Origin: Lentisphaeria bacterium
GTDB lineage: Bacteria; Verrucomicrobiota; Lentisphaeria; Oligosphaerales; Oligosphaeraceae
Length of the DNA stretch: 25,060 nucleotides
Assembly: GCA_028699735.1 (NCBI GenBank)
Contig: JAQVUB010000001.1
Location: forward strand, 1 to 25,060
Direction: 5' to 3'
Shown: positions 17,199 through 24,970 of the stretch, in pieces
Numbering within the stretch: the first letter of the stretch is position 1
Layout: every line of letters starts with the position of its first letter
Position numbers and translations under genes: made by a program
The notes under the pieces: model-generated
Databases searched by the model: none
What the model was told of the DNA's origin: nothing
Seen by the model: only the letters and a program-made list of their open reading frames with translations

Positions 17199-18194
17199 AT
17201 GAAGAAGATCTGGTGGAGCTGGGATATACGAATGCACTGGGTGCATGGTTTGTCGTTTACTGAAGACTCGTTTGTTCGCAATTATGAGCGTGCGATTGAC
17301 GCAGCCCGGCGCTATGGCGTGGAGGGGATCGTGATCTGGGGTTTTCTCAGGGATTTCCATGGCGGGCTGGCGGCGGCGCACCGGGTTGTTGATTATGCCC
17401 GCCGGCAAGGTGTCGAAATTTATCCCGGTTTTGGGGTTGATGACTACGGCGGCGCATACTATCAGGGTGAATCTCCCTACAGCCTGGATACTTTTATTGG
17501 CCGACATCCCGAGGCCCAGGCTCGCGAAGCGGATGGTACTCTGCGAATCCACAAGTGGCCCATGAATGATATTTCACCACGGAAGCTCTGCTGTCCCAGT
17601 TTTACAGGAGCAATGGACTTTTATGCGGAAGCTTTGGAATGGCTGATCCGGGAATTTGATTTGCAGGGTTTTCAAATTGAGCAGGGTGACAGCGGTTTGT
17701 GCAAATGCCCACGCTGCCGGGAACAATTTCATGTCGATGACAAGGCTTCCTTCAGCCTGGAGGTTTCCAGCCGGCGCCTGATACCATTGATTCGGCAGGC
17801 GTTGTTGAATCATCCCGGTCTGACCGTGATTGTCGAAACCTACAGTGGCCTGCTGCCGGAGCAGGTGCAGCAACATCTTCCGAAGTTTGCTGCATATCCG
17901 CAGGAAGTCTATCTCTCTTGGCAAGCTTATAATGGGTTTATGAGCAAGGCAGAGGAACGTTTCCTCATAACCGGGGAATCCCGTTCGCCTGCCCCGCATG
18001 GCTGCCTGGCATTCCGGGCTAACAGCGAGGCGGCTTTAGGAGAAAGTGAAACTCCGGAAGAAGCCATTGAAGCACTGCGCCTGGCTCGTCAGGCTGGCCT
18101 CGATATGACTTACATATATGGTGAATATCCGGATGAATGGCCGCGCAGCAGGGCGATTTATCAGACCTGGTCTGCGGCGGCCGGGGAAAAGTGA
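17199..18194 (+). CDS. Uncharacterised cytoplasmic protein, putative TIM-barrel glycoside-hydrolase-like fold
   Basis: It has no signal peptide. The beta/alpha pattern (YERAIDAARRYGVEGIVIWGFLRDFHGG, YARRQGVEIYPGFG, CCPS, FDLQGFQIEQGDSGLCKCPRC) resembles sugar-related barrels. ATG at 17199 with GGAAGGGA upstream. Confidence 0.55.
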   Translation: MKKIWWSWDIRMHWVHGLSFTEDSFVRNYERAIDAARRYGVEGIVIWGFLRDFHGGLAAAHRVVDYARRQGVEIYPGFGVDDYGGAYYQGESPYSLDTFIGRHPEAQAREADGTLRIHKWPMNDISPRKLCCPSFTGAMDFYAEALEWLIREFDLQGFQIEQGDSGLCKCPRCREQFHVDDKASFSLEVSSRRLIPLIRQALLNHPGLTVIVETYSGLLPEQVQQHLPKFAAYPQEVYLSWQAYNGFMSKAEERFLITGESRSPAPHGCLAFRANSEAALGESETPEEAIEALRLARQAGLDMTYIYGEYPDEWPRSRAIYQTWSAAAGEK

Positions 18195-18216
18195 AGCGTG
18201 AAGTGGATCCGCTTCA
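18192..18216. terminator. Hairpin between convergent genes whose base is formed by both stop codons
   Basis: TGAAGCG(T)GA-AGTGGA-TCCGCTTCA. TGA 18192-18194 ends the plus-strand gene and TCA 18214-18216 ends gdhA. There is no U-tract. Confidence 0.35.
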
Positions 18217-19554
18217 GACGAGTCCCTGTTCGAGCATGGAATTGGCGACTTTGAGGAAGCTGCAGATATTGGCTCCGACCACATAATTGCCGGGGCAGCC
18301 ATATTTTTCGGCGGTGTCACGGCAGTTCTGGTGAATATTGATCATGATCTGGTGCAGACGTTTTTCAACGTCGTCTCTCGTCCAGGACATACGGGTGCTG
18401 TTCTGACTCATTTCCAGGCCGGAAGTGGCCACACCGCCGGCATTGGCGGCTTTGCCAGGCGCATACAGAATCTTGTTTTCCTGGAAGATGGCGATTGCCT
18501 CCGGGGTGCTGGGCATATTGGCTCCTTCGCAAACCAGGAAGCAGCCGTTGTTAACCAGAGCTTTGGCATCCTCGGCTTCGATTTCATTCTGGGTGGCGGA
18601 AGGAAAGGCGCAGTCGCAGGGAATACCCCATGGACGCTTGCCGGCAAGATATTCCACGCCGAACTTTTCGGCATATTCACTGATCCGTCCGCGGCGCTGA
18701 TTTTTCAGCTGCAAAAGCCATTCGAGCTTTTCGCCATCAATTCCATTCGGGTCGTAGATGGAACCATCTGAATCCGACATGGAAACCACTTTGGCACCCA
18801 GCTGGGTGAGTTTTTCCACCGTGTACTGAGCGACATTCCCGGAACCCGATACCGTACAGATTTTGCCGGTGAAGTCATCGTTCCTGGTTTTCAGCATTTC
18901 ATGGGCAAAAAAGACGGAGCCGTAACCGGTTGCCTGTGGACGGATCAGGGAGCCGCCCCAGTTGATGGATTTTCCGGTGATAACGCCGTTGAAGGTATTG
19001 GTCAGGCGCTTATACTGGCCGAACATGAAGCCGATTTCACGCCCGCCCACACCGATATCGCCTGCGGGTACATCGGTATCTGGGCCGATATGGCGGAACA
19101 ACTCGCTCATAAAGGCCTGGCAGAAACGCATGACCTCGCGGTCGGAGCGACCCTTCGGGTCAAAATCGGAGCCACCCTTACCGCCACCCATTGGCAGTGT
19201 GGTCAGGGCATTTTTGAAGACCTGTTCGAAGCCGAGGAAGCGCAGGATGCTGGTATTGACGCTGGGGTGGAAACGGAGGCCGCCTTTGTAGGGGCCAATC
19301 GCACTGTTGTATTCAATCCGGAAGCCGCGGTTGACATGCACAACCCCGTTATCATCCTCCCAGGTCACCCGAAAGATAATCTGCCGTTCGGGTTCGACGA
19401 GGCGTTCCAAAACCCCATTGGCTGCATAGTGGGGATGCGCATTCAAGGCCGGTGTCAGAGCAGTCAGAAATTCCTCCACCGCCTGATAAAATTCCGGCTG
19501 GCCAAGATTGCGAACTCGCACCGTTTCCAAAACCCGGTTGATATACTCATTCAT
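18214..19554 (-). CDS. gdhA: NADP-specific glutamate dehydrogenase
   Basis: GPYKGGLRFHP, EQVFKNALTTLPMGGGKGGSDFDPKG, DVPAGDIGVG, RPQATGYG, VSGSGNVAQY, EGANMP and PGKAANAGGVATS. Confidence 0.97.
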   Translation of the reverse strand: MNEYINRVLETVRVRNLGQPEFYQAVEEFLTALTPALNAHPHYAANGVLERLVEPERQIIFRVTWEDDNGVVHVNRGFRIEYNSAIGPYKGGLRFHPSVNTSILRFLGFEQVFKNALTTLPMGGGKGGSDFDPKGRSDREVMRFCQAFMSELFRHIGPDTDVPAGDIGVGGREIGFMFGQYKRLTNTFNGVITGKSINWGGSLIRPQATGYGSVFFAHEMLKTRNDDFTGKICTVSGSGNVAQYTVEKLTQLGAKVVSMSDSDGSIYDPNGIDGEKLEWLLQLKNQRRGRISEYAEKFGVEYLAGKRPWGIPCDCAFPSATQNEIEAEDAKALVNNGCFLVCEGANMPSTPEAIAIFQENKILYAPGKAANAGGVATSGLEMSQNSTRMSWTRDDVEKRLHQIMINIHQNCRDTAEKYGCPGNYVVGANICSFLKVANSMLEQGLV

Positions 19555-19610
19555 AGAAAGAGATCCTTCCCTTTTGCCTGCATTAAAAAAAGAGCATGAA
19601 ACTCTTTATT

Positions 19611-19627
19611 AGCAGAAAGCATGCCAG
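19611..19627 (-). promoter_or_regulatory. Sigma54 (-24/-12) promoter candidate for gdhA
   Basis: The minus strand reads CTGGCATGCTTTCTGCT. GG and GC are separated by the canonical 10 nt, and the sequence is close to the consensus YTGGCACGrNNNTTGCW. It lies 56 nt upstream of the ATG. Confidence 0.68.
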
Positions 19628-19681
19628 TTGAATAAATAGGAAGAAAATGAGTGCGGATTATACGGTGAAAGAATATTTTTC

Positions 19682-19727
19682 TACAAAATTGTAATGATTG
19701 TACGTCGGGTTTATAACGAAATTGTTA
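19682..19727. promoter_or_regulatory. Paired palindromic sites, candidate enhancer-binding-protein UAS
   Basis: TACAAAATTGTA (19682-19693) and TAACGAAATTGTTA (19714-19727) share AC(A/G)AAATTGT, and their centres are 33 bp apart. Confidence 0.45.
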
Positions 19728-19741
19728 ATTTTTCTGTTTTC

Positions 19742-20023
19742 ATGGACGATGGACGAGGGACGATAGACGAGGGACGATAGACGAGGGACCCTATGGACCC
19801 TATGGACCTGATGGACCCTATGGACGAGGACGATGGACTTTCATGGACACACGGCAAGCCGCGATTTTCATGCTGCTTTAGCGCCAAGGAGTCCCTCGTC
19901 CTCGTCCATAGGGTCCCTCGTCCCTCGTCTATCGTCCTCGTCCATAGGGTCCATCAGGTCCATAGGGTCCATAGGGTCCCTCGTCTATCGTCCCTCGTCT
20001 ATCGTCCCTCGTCCATCGTCCAT
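19742..20023. repeat. Fold-back GGAC microsatellite palindrome, copy 2
   Basis: 19742-19834 is the exact reverse complement of 19931-20023 (93 bp). It uses the same 7-mer and 9-mer units as 5059-5528. Confidence 0.95.
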
Positions 20024-20511
20024 TTCAGCAGTTTTCTGAGCTGTTCCGGGTCGAGATTGATATTGTCGCCAGGTTTGAGTTGGAGAATGTCCGTGATACC
20101 TCCTTTAAGTTCGAGGGCGAAGGCGGCTGGTTTTTCGCTGGAATAGGCAGGCAGACGCTGATGATATTCATCGAGGGATTCTCCAGGTCTTTGCGGAGCT
20201 TCCACAGGCATTTGCTGGATTTTGACGACGATCCCGTTTCGGTCGAGAAAGATGATGTCCAGGGGCACCAGGGTATTTTTCATCCAGAAGGACATGATTT
20301 CTTCATGATCACGGACAAAGAGCATGCCCTGATCTTCCTCAAGCGTTTTTCTGCCCATTAGGCCAATCTGATGTTCCGTTTCGGTAAGAGCCAGTTCGAT
20401 GCGGGCAAAGAACAGATTCCCGATTTGCAGCGGCCAGTATTTCGGGCGTTTGCTTTGCTCAGCCTGGAGGCAGGCAAGGCAGAGCAGAGTTAGCATGATA
20501 AGCTTTCTCAT
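19999..20511 (-). CDS. DUF192 family exported protein
   Basis: The signal peptide is MRKLIMLTLLCLACLQA, and the motifs are ELALT...IGLMGR, GMLFV, SFWMKNTLVPLDIIFLD and FALELKGG. Its ATG overlaps the gmhA TGA (ATGA). The last codons (WTMDEGR*) are contributed by the repeat. Confidence 0.88.
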   Translation of the reverse strand: MRKLIMLTLLCLACLQAEQSKRPKYWPLQIGNLFFARIELALTETEHQIGLMGRKTLEEDQGMLFVRDHEEIMSFWMKNTLVPLDIIFLDRNGIVVKIQQMPVEAPQRPGESLDEYHQRLPAYSSEKPAAFALELKGGITDILQLKPGDNINLDPEQLRKLLKWTMDEGR

Positions 20512-21152
20512 TTTTTGAAATACCTTGCCTCGATCATCATGCAAAGGCAGTGATAAATTGGCAAGTGCAATTCCTGGATGAGGTAAGTTTCGGTTTCCGG
20601 CGCATGGATGCAGGTGTCAGCCAGAGAGTTCAGGCGTCCGCCGGATTGTCCGCTCATGCCAATGACTTTCAGACCGCGCTGTTTGGCGACCAGCGTGGCA
20701 TAGGCGACATTTCGGGCATTGCCGGAGGTTGAGAAGGCGATCAGGACATCGCCGGGCTGCCCAAGCGCAAAGAGCTGCTGTGCTGCCCCAAGGTCTCCGC
20801 CCTGGTCATTTGCGGTAGCGCTGGCGACGGCAACTTGACTCATCAGGCAGACGGCACGCAGGCCATACTGCAGATGGTCTGCCAGGAAGGTGCCGTCGTC
20901 CTGACCGAGCCGATGCAGTTCCGCACGGTCTTCGTCGGAAAGCGGTCTTTTCAGCAGGAATCCCTTGAGCAATTCCCCGACCATATGTTCGGCATCTGCG
21001 GCGCTGCCGCCATTGCCGCAGGTAAAGACGCAGCCGCCGCGATCATAGCAGTCCGCCAAAAGTTCGAATGCGGAACGGATTTCCTCCTGGCAGCTGTTCA
21101 GTTTGGGGTATCGAGCCAGCAAAAGTTCAAGATATTTCATGTTTTCAGCCAT
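20508..21152 (-). CDS. gmhA: Phosphoheptose isomerase (SIS domain)
   Basis: VFTCGNGGSAADAEHMVGEL, TANDQG, FSTSGNARNV, GMSGQSGG and IQELHLPIYHCLC. The ATG at 21152 is preferred because the ORF-track extension to 21326 reads through the MITE. Confidence 0.85.
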   Translation of the reverse strand: MAENMKYLELLLARYPKLNSCQEEIRSAFELLADCYDRGGCVFTCGNGGSAADAEHMVGELLKGFLLKRPLSDEDRAELHRLGQDDGTFLADHLQYGLRAVCLMSQVAVASATANDQGGDLGAAQQLFALGQPGDVLIAFSTSGNARNVAYATLVAKQRGLKVIGMSGQSGGRLNSLADTCIHAPETETYLIQELHLPIYHCLCMMIEARYFKK

Positions 21153-21244
21153 GGTTGCACCTGTGCGGGATAAAGAAGAGCGTTCATAAAAACACGGTAT
21201 GGTTATTAATATACCATCCGGGCGAAATACCGATCCAATCAACT

Positions 21245-21407
21245 GGGTGCAGTTCCCAAAAGTAGGTAGTCTCTGCCCCGGGCACCTGAGACTGTTCGGG
21301 CGTGGGAGTACTAACAGAAATCGCAACCGGGCCGGTTACGCCACATTATAAGCCTGACCCCTGAACCCTTTCTGGATAGCCTCTACCTACTTTTGGGAAC
21401 TGCACCC
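21245..21407. mobile_element. Non-autonomous MITE, 163 bp
   Basis: Perfect 25-bp TIRs GGGTGCAGTTCCCAAAAGTAGGTAG (21245-21269 and 21383-21407) are flanked by the 8-bp direct repeat AATCAACT (21237-21244 and 21408-21415). It contains no transposase. Confidence 0.92.
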
Positions 21408-21480
21408 AATCAACTTAATTCTACAAAATTCAGAATGATCAGCCGGATACTATTGACTTAAAATTTTCTTAACCAGAGTT

Positions 21481-21837
21481 TTAGGGTTTGGACTCTTCTG
21501 TGGACAAATAATTATGAATTTGTCTCAACTGGGATTCCAGCACGGGCACATCGTTGACGTAGGTGCTCCAGAGCGTCTCCTCCAAGGTCTTCACATAGTC
21601 ATGGACGACGATGTTCCTCATACCTTTGAGGCTTTTCCAAGGCGTTTCCGGGAATTGCCGCTGGAGCTCATCCGAAATTCCACCTGCATCCTCGCCCAGC
21701 ATGACGACGGAATAACGCAACGAAAACTGCATAGACAACGCCTGTCCATACTCTGCCTCTGTCGCCGAACCGATAATCTGGCGGATTTGCCGGATGATTT
21801 CCAGCATGTGTTCAATGCGTTGCAGGTCGGTCAGCAC
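21481..21837 (-). CDS. hepT: HepT-like (DUF86/HEPN) ribonuclease toxin
   Basis: The RX4H motif is MRNIVVHDY, preceded by PETPWKSLKG. 118 aa. The GTG start overlaps the MNT stop. Confidence 0.88.
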   Translation of the reverse strand: MLTDLQRIEHMLEIIRQIRQIIGSATEAEYGQALSMQFSLRYSVVMLGEDAGGISDELQRQFPETPWKSLKGMRNIVVHDYVKTLEETLWSTYVNDVPVLESQLRQIHNYLSTEESKP

Positions 21838-22127
21838 AGTTCCACCATGTCCTTTCGGGCGCTGCGCCCGAATGCGTCATCTTTGAGAACCTGGTATGCG
21901 ACGACATCAACTTTGCGACCCAGAAACTCGGCCAAATCCACTTCCAGGCCAGCATGATCAAGAAGGGAGATGTGGGGCTGAAAGTCGGCGATGAAGTCAA
22001 CGTCGCTGTCCGGGCGCTCTTCCTTGCGGGCGCAGGAGCCGAACACGAACAGCCGTCGGGTTTTGTGCTGACGGGCAATCCCCAGCAACTGTTCTTTCAG
22101 TTTCATGAGTTGATCCAACTGACACAT
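21831..22127 (-). CDS. mntA: MntA-like minimal nucleotidyltransferase antitoxin
   Basis: The GSX10DXD motif is FGSCARKEERPDSDVDF, and the C-terminal part has LAEFLGRKVDVV. ATG at 22127 with AAGGAGG RBS, giving 98 aa. Confidence 0.9.
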   Translation of the reverse strand: MCQLDQLMKLKEQLLGIARQHKTRRLFVFGSCARKEERPDSDVDFIADFQPHISLLDHAGLEVDLAEFLGRKVDVVAYQVLKDDAFGRSARKDMVELC

Positions 22128-22224
22128 TCTGAACCTCCTTGCAGACTTGCTCTTAAAGTAGTCCGTCAATCGAAATTTTCCGCTGCTTTCTCCTTTTTTC
22201 AAAACGCTGAAAGATCCGTCGGAT

Positions 22225-22416
22225 GTAATAGGTCAGTGAACCTTGGTAACGGGAAAATTCTTTTTGAACAACGAAATGCACAAACGGACACGAAAAAATT
22301 TCATGGAAATAAAGACTCGTTCTCACCGTCAAAGCCATTTCCATGAAATTTTTTCGTGAGATTTTGTGTCTTTTCGTTGTAAAAAAAATACTGTCACTCA
22401 GTTTCTGACGCAGTAC
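22225..22416. repeat. Full palindromic copy of the AACAACGAAA family with flank motifs on both sides
   Basis: The arms are about 22259-22310 and 22337-22389, with perfect inner pairing CACGAAAAAATTTCATGGAAAT/ATTTCCATGAAATTTTTTCGTG. The left flank resembles 16953-16980 and the right flank resembles 3805-3833. Confidence 0.88.
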
Positions 22417-22422
22417 GTCGGA

Positions 22423-24741
22423 TCATATTTTCGGCAAGAAGTTGTTTGTGGTTTCTTTTTTCAGGTTGGCGAGGGTTTTGAAGTCCATTTTGACGATCAG
22501 GAACCAGTTCAGGGTATGCAGAAAAGCGAAGGAGTAGATTTTTTCCTGACCCTGTTCACTTTGTGTCAGGGAGCCGAATTTGCGGCTGAAGATTTCTTGT
22601 CGGAGGGTCAGGGAGCCGAAGTAGGGCATTTCCGGTTCGACTTCGGGAAGGTTTTGGATTTCTGCGGAGGCGCCGAAGAATGGAGAATTGCTGCTGATAA
22701 TGACTTGACCGCCTGCATCTGTCATGGCGACTTCTTCGGCGAGGTTTCCCAGGGGGCCTGCTGTACGGATCAGGCTGGTGATTTTATTGAAGGTGCAATC
22801 CATGGCAATGACCCCATGGAAAGTGCCGTTTTCGCCTTCGATGCGCAAGGAGCAGGGCAGGGATAGGCCGGCATGAATATCCGCACCGACATAAGGGCGT
22901 CCCCATACCGGACGGTGCGCATTCATAGCCAGGCGATACCAGGGGCGAACCCGGGGATCATAAGGTTTGCCATAGTTGTCCCGCCAGGGGTAGACGATGT
23001 AGGAACCATTTCGAGTGCCCAGAAACATGCTCTTCATCGGCATGCCTTCGGCCAGCATCTGTTCCTCAAGTGCCGCAAGAGTTTCACTGCGCAGATCGGT
23101 TCCAGGTTCACTCAGCAGAACAGCCCTTTTGATGCTGGGAAGCAGCCGGGACAGCATGCTGACTTCATGTTCTAGAATGGCCGGATCGGTATCCTCTGCT
23201 CCCTTGTACAGCCCATATTGAACAGAGGTGTGCTGCCGGTAAAACGGGGAATAACGCAAATCCGCCGGCATCTTTTCCGGCTTGCCATTATGATAGGTAA
23301 GCAAATCAACGATCTGCTCCTCGTCTTCATTTTCATCGAAGAGGAACGCTGCCTGAGCGGCGGTAGCAGAGACCAGATTTTCAATATTGAGTGCAAGCCG
23401 GTCGATCTGTGAAGCGATGCTCGTGCAGTGACTGTTTGCTGAATTTATAATTTCGGCGCGTTCATTGGCTGTTTCCGCGGAGATGAGTTGTTGATGGATG
23501 ACCGCAGCGGCAAGGACTGCGGAGATTACCAGCAGGATCAGCAGGCTGATAAAGACGCCGATGCGGTGCTGGTGGGAGAGCCGCACCATTTTCATAAAGG
23601 GGCCATCGGGATTGGCATGGACTTCGCGACCCTGACAGAAGCGGCGGAGGTCTTCAGCCATGGAAGGTACGTCCTTATAGCGATTATCCGGATCATGAGC
23701 CGTTGCTTTGCAGATGATGGCTGCCAGATCCGGTGAAATTTCGGCGCCGAAGGCATGCCGCACCGGCTGCAGCTCTCCTGCCTTGATCCGCCTCATGATA
23801 CTTTCAGAGCTGTCGCCTTCCGCGGCAAATTGCAGGGTGACCATTTCCTGCAGGATCAGGCCCAAGGTAAACAGGTCGGAGCGCACATCCAGGTAGTCTC
23901 CTGTCATTGTTTCCGGTGAAAGATAGCGCGGGGTGCCGGAGATCATGTGATCCTCGCCAACCGCCTGCGCCTTTCCCGCACGATCCAGTTTTTTGGCAAT
24001 GCCCCAGTCCATGACAAAGACTTCGGAAAATTCTCCGATCATGATGTTTTCGGGTTTCAGATCGCAATGAATAACCTTGCTGTGGTGGGCATAGGAAATA
24101 GCCTCACAGACTTTCAGAAAAAGGTCGAGGCGTTTGAAAAGCGAAGCGTGCTCATCATACTTTTCAATGCCATGCAGGCGATAGTTGCAGATGATATTTT
24201 CCAGATACTCCCGCAGATTTTTGCCGCGAACCAGTTTCATCGCCAGATGCAGGCCGGAGGCATCGTCGGTATTGATGGAATACAATGGGATGATTGCAGG
24301 ATGATCAAGCTGGGCAGTGATTTTTGCCTCGGAAATAAAATGCTTGACTTCTTCCGGGTCTTTAGCGATTTTGTTATGCAGGGTTTTCATGGCCACCACC
24401 CGCCCGAGCTGCTTGTCCAGAGCGATGGACACAACTCCCTGTCCCCCTTGAGCAAGGACTTTCAGGTTTTCATAACGGGTCTGCACATCGGACAGGGCTT
24501 TGGTAATATCCGGACTGGCTTCCGCATCAATTTCTTTTTCGGGAAGTTCAGCGGCGATCGGGTTGACAACCAGTTCTTCGAGTTCTTCCCGTTTTGCCTG
24601 ACGCTGCCAGTTCTTTTCCATGCGTACGGTGCGCTGCGCATTGAACAGGGTCGTTTTCCGGTGGCTATTATTCCTGAGTGTGGCTTGCGGCGGGTCTTCC
24701 GCTGAATCTGTTTCTAGCTGCATTTCAGGTGTGTTATCCAT
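22423..24741 (-). CDS. Membrane Ser/Thr protein kinase with C-terminal extracytoplasmic dCache_1 domain (paralog of 1-2135)
   Basis: Kinase motifs are LAQGGQG, VVAMK, HCDLKPEN, VMDWGIAK and SGTPRYLSPE. The TM segment is IGVFISLLILLVISAVLAAAVI. Cache motifs are YDPRVRPWY, PVWGRPY and HGVIAMD. ATG at 24741 with AGGAGG RBS. Confidence 0.93.
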   Translation of the reverse strand: MDNTPEMQLETDSAEDPPQATLRNNSHRKTTLFNAQRTVRMEKNWQRQAKREELEELVVNPIAAELPEKEIDAEASPDITKALSDVQTRYENLKVLAQGGQGVVSIALDKQLGRVVAMKTLHNKIAKDPEEVKHFISEAKITAQLDHPAIIPLYSINTDDASGLHLAMKLVRGKNLREYLENIICNYRLHGIEKYDEHASLFKRLDLFLKVCEAISYAHHSKVIHCDLKPENIMIGEFSEVFVMDWGIAKKLDRAGKAQAVGEDHMISGTPRYLSPETMTGDYLDVRSDLFTLGLILQEMVTLQFAAEGDSSESIMRRIKAGELQPVRHAFGAEISPDLAAIICKATAHDPDNRYKDVPSMAEDLRRFCQGREVHANPDGPFMKMVRLSHQHRIGVFISLLILLVISAVLAAAVIHQQLISAETANERAEIINSANSHCTSIASQIDRLALNIENLVSATAAQAAFLFDENEDEEQIVDLLTYHNGKPEKMPADLRYSPFYRQHTSVQYGLYKGAEDTDPAILEHEVSMLSRLLPSIKRAVLLSEPGTDLRSETLAALEEQMLAEGMPMKSMFLGTRNGSYIVYPWRDNYGKPYDPRVRPWYRLAMNAHRPVWGRPYVGADIHAGLSLPCSLRIEGENGTFHGVIAMDCTFNKITSLIRTAGPLGNLAEEVAMTDAGGQVIISSNSPFFGASAEIQNLPEVEPEMPYFGSLTLRQEIFSRKFGSLTQSEQGQEKIYSFAFLHTLNWFLIVKMDFKTLANLKKETTNNFLPKI

Positions 24742-24800
24742 ATGCCCTCCTGATTTGGGCAAACCGGGAAAAACAAGAGACGAAGCAAGTGCGTGATCTT

Positions 24801-24828
24801 ATTATACCTGAGGATTCAGGAAAAGCAA
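24801..24828 (-). promoter_or_regulatory. Sigma70-type promoter candidate for the kinase gene
   Basis: The minus strand reads TTGCTT-N16-TATAAT, and the -35 abuts the end of the adjacent palindrome. Confidence 0.5.
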
Positions 24829-24970
24829 AGGGGGACTTTCTTAACAACGAAATACACGAAATAGCACGAAAAAAAATCATGGGCATAGAGTTGATTGCTA
24901 ACATGCGTGGTAATTTCCATGATTTTTTTTCGTGCTATTTCGTGTATTTCGTTGTTAAAAAAGTCCCCCT
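24829..24970. repeat. Near-perfect palindromic copy of the AACAACGAAA family
   Basis: The 54-bp arms 24829-24882 and 24917-24970 differ at one position and enclose a 34-nt loop. The copy starts at the stop codon of the upstream peptidase gene. Confidence 0.93.

Noticed and set aside
21153-21326. N-terminal extension of GmhA in the ORF track
   Set aside because: It reads through the MITE and intergenic DNA; the SIS domain starts near 21152.
21419-21430. TTCTACAAAATT matching the start of the gdhA upstream palindrome
   Set aside because: It lacks the TGTA half-site and no sigma54 element is nearby, so it is likely chance in AT-rich DNA.
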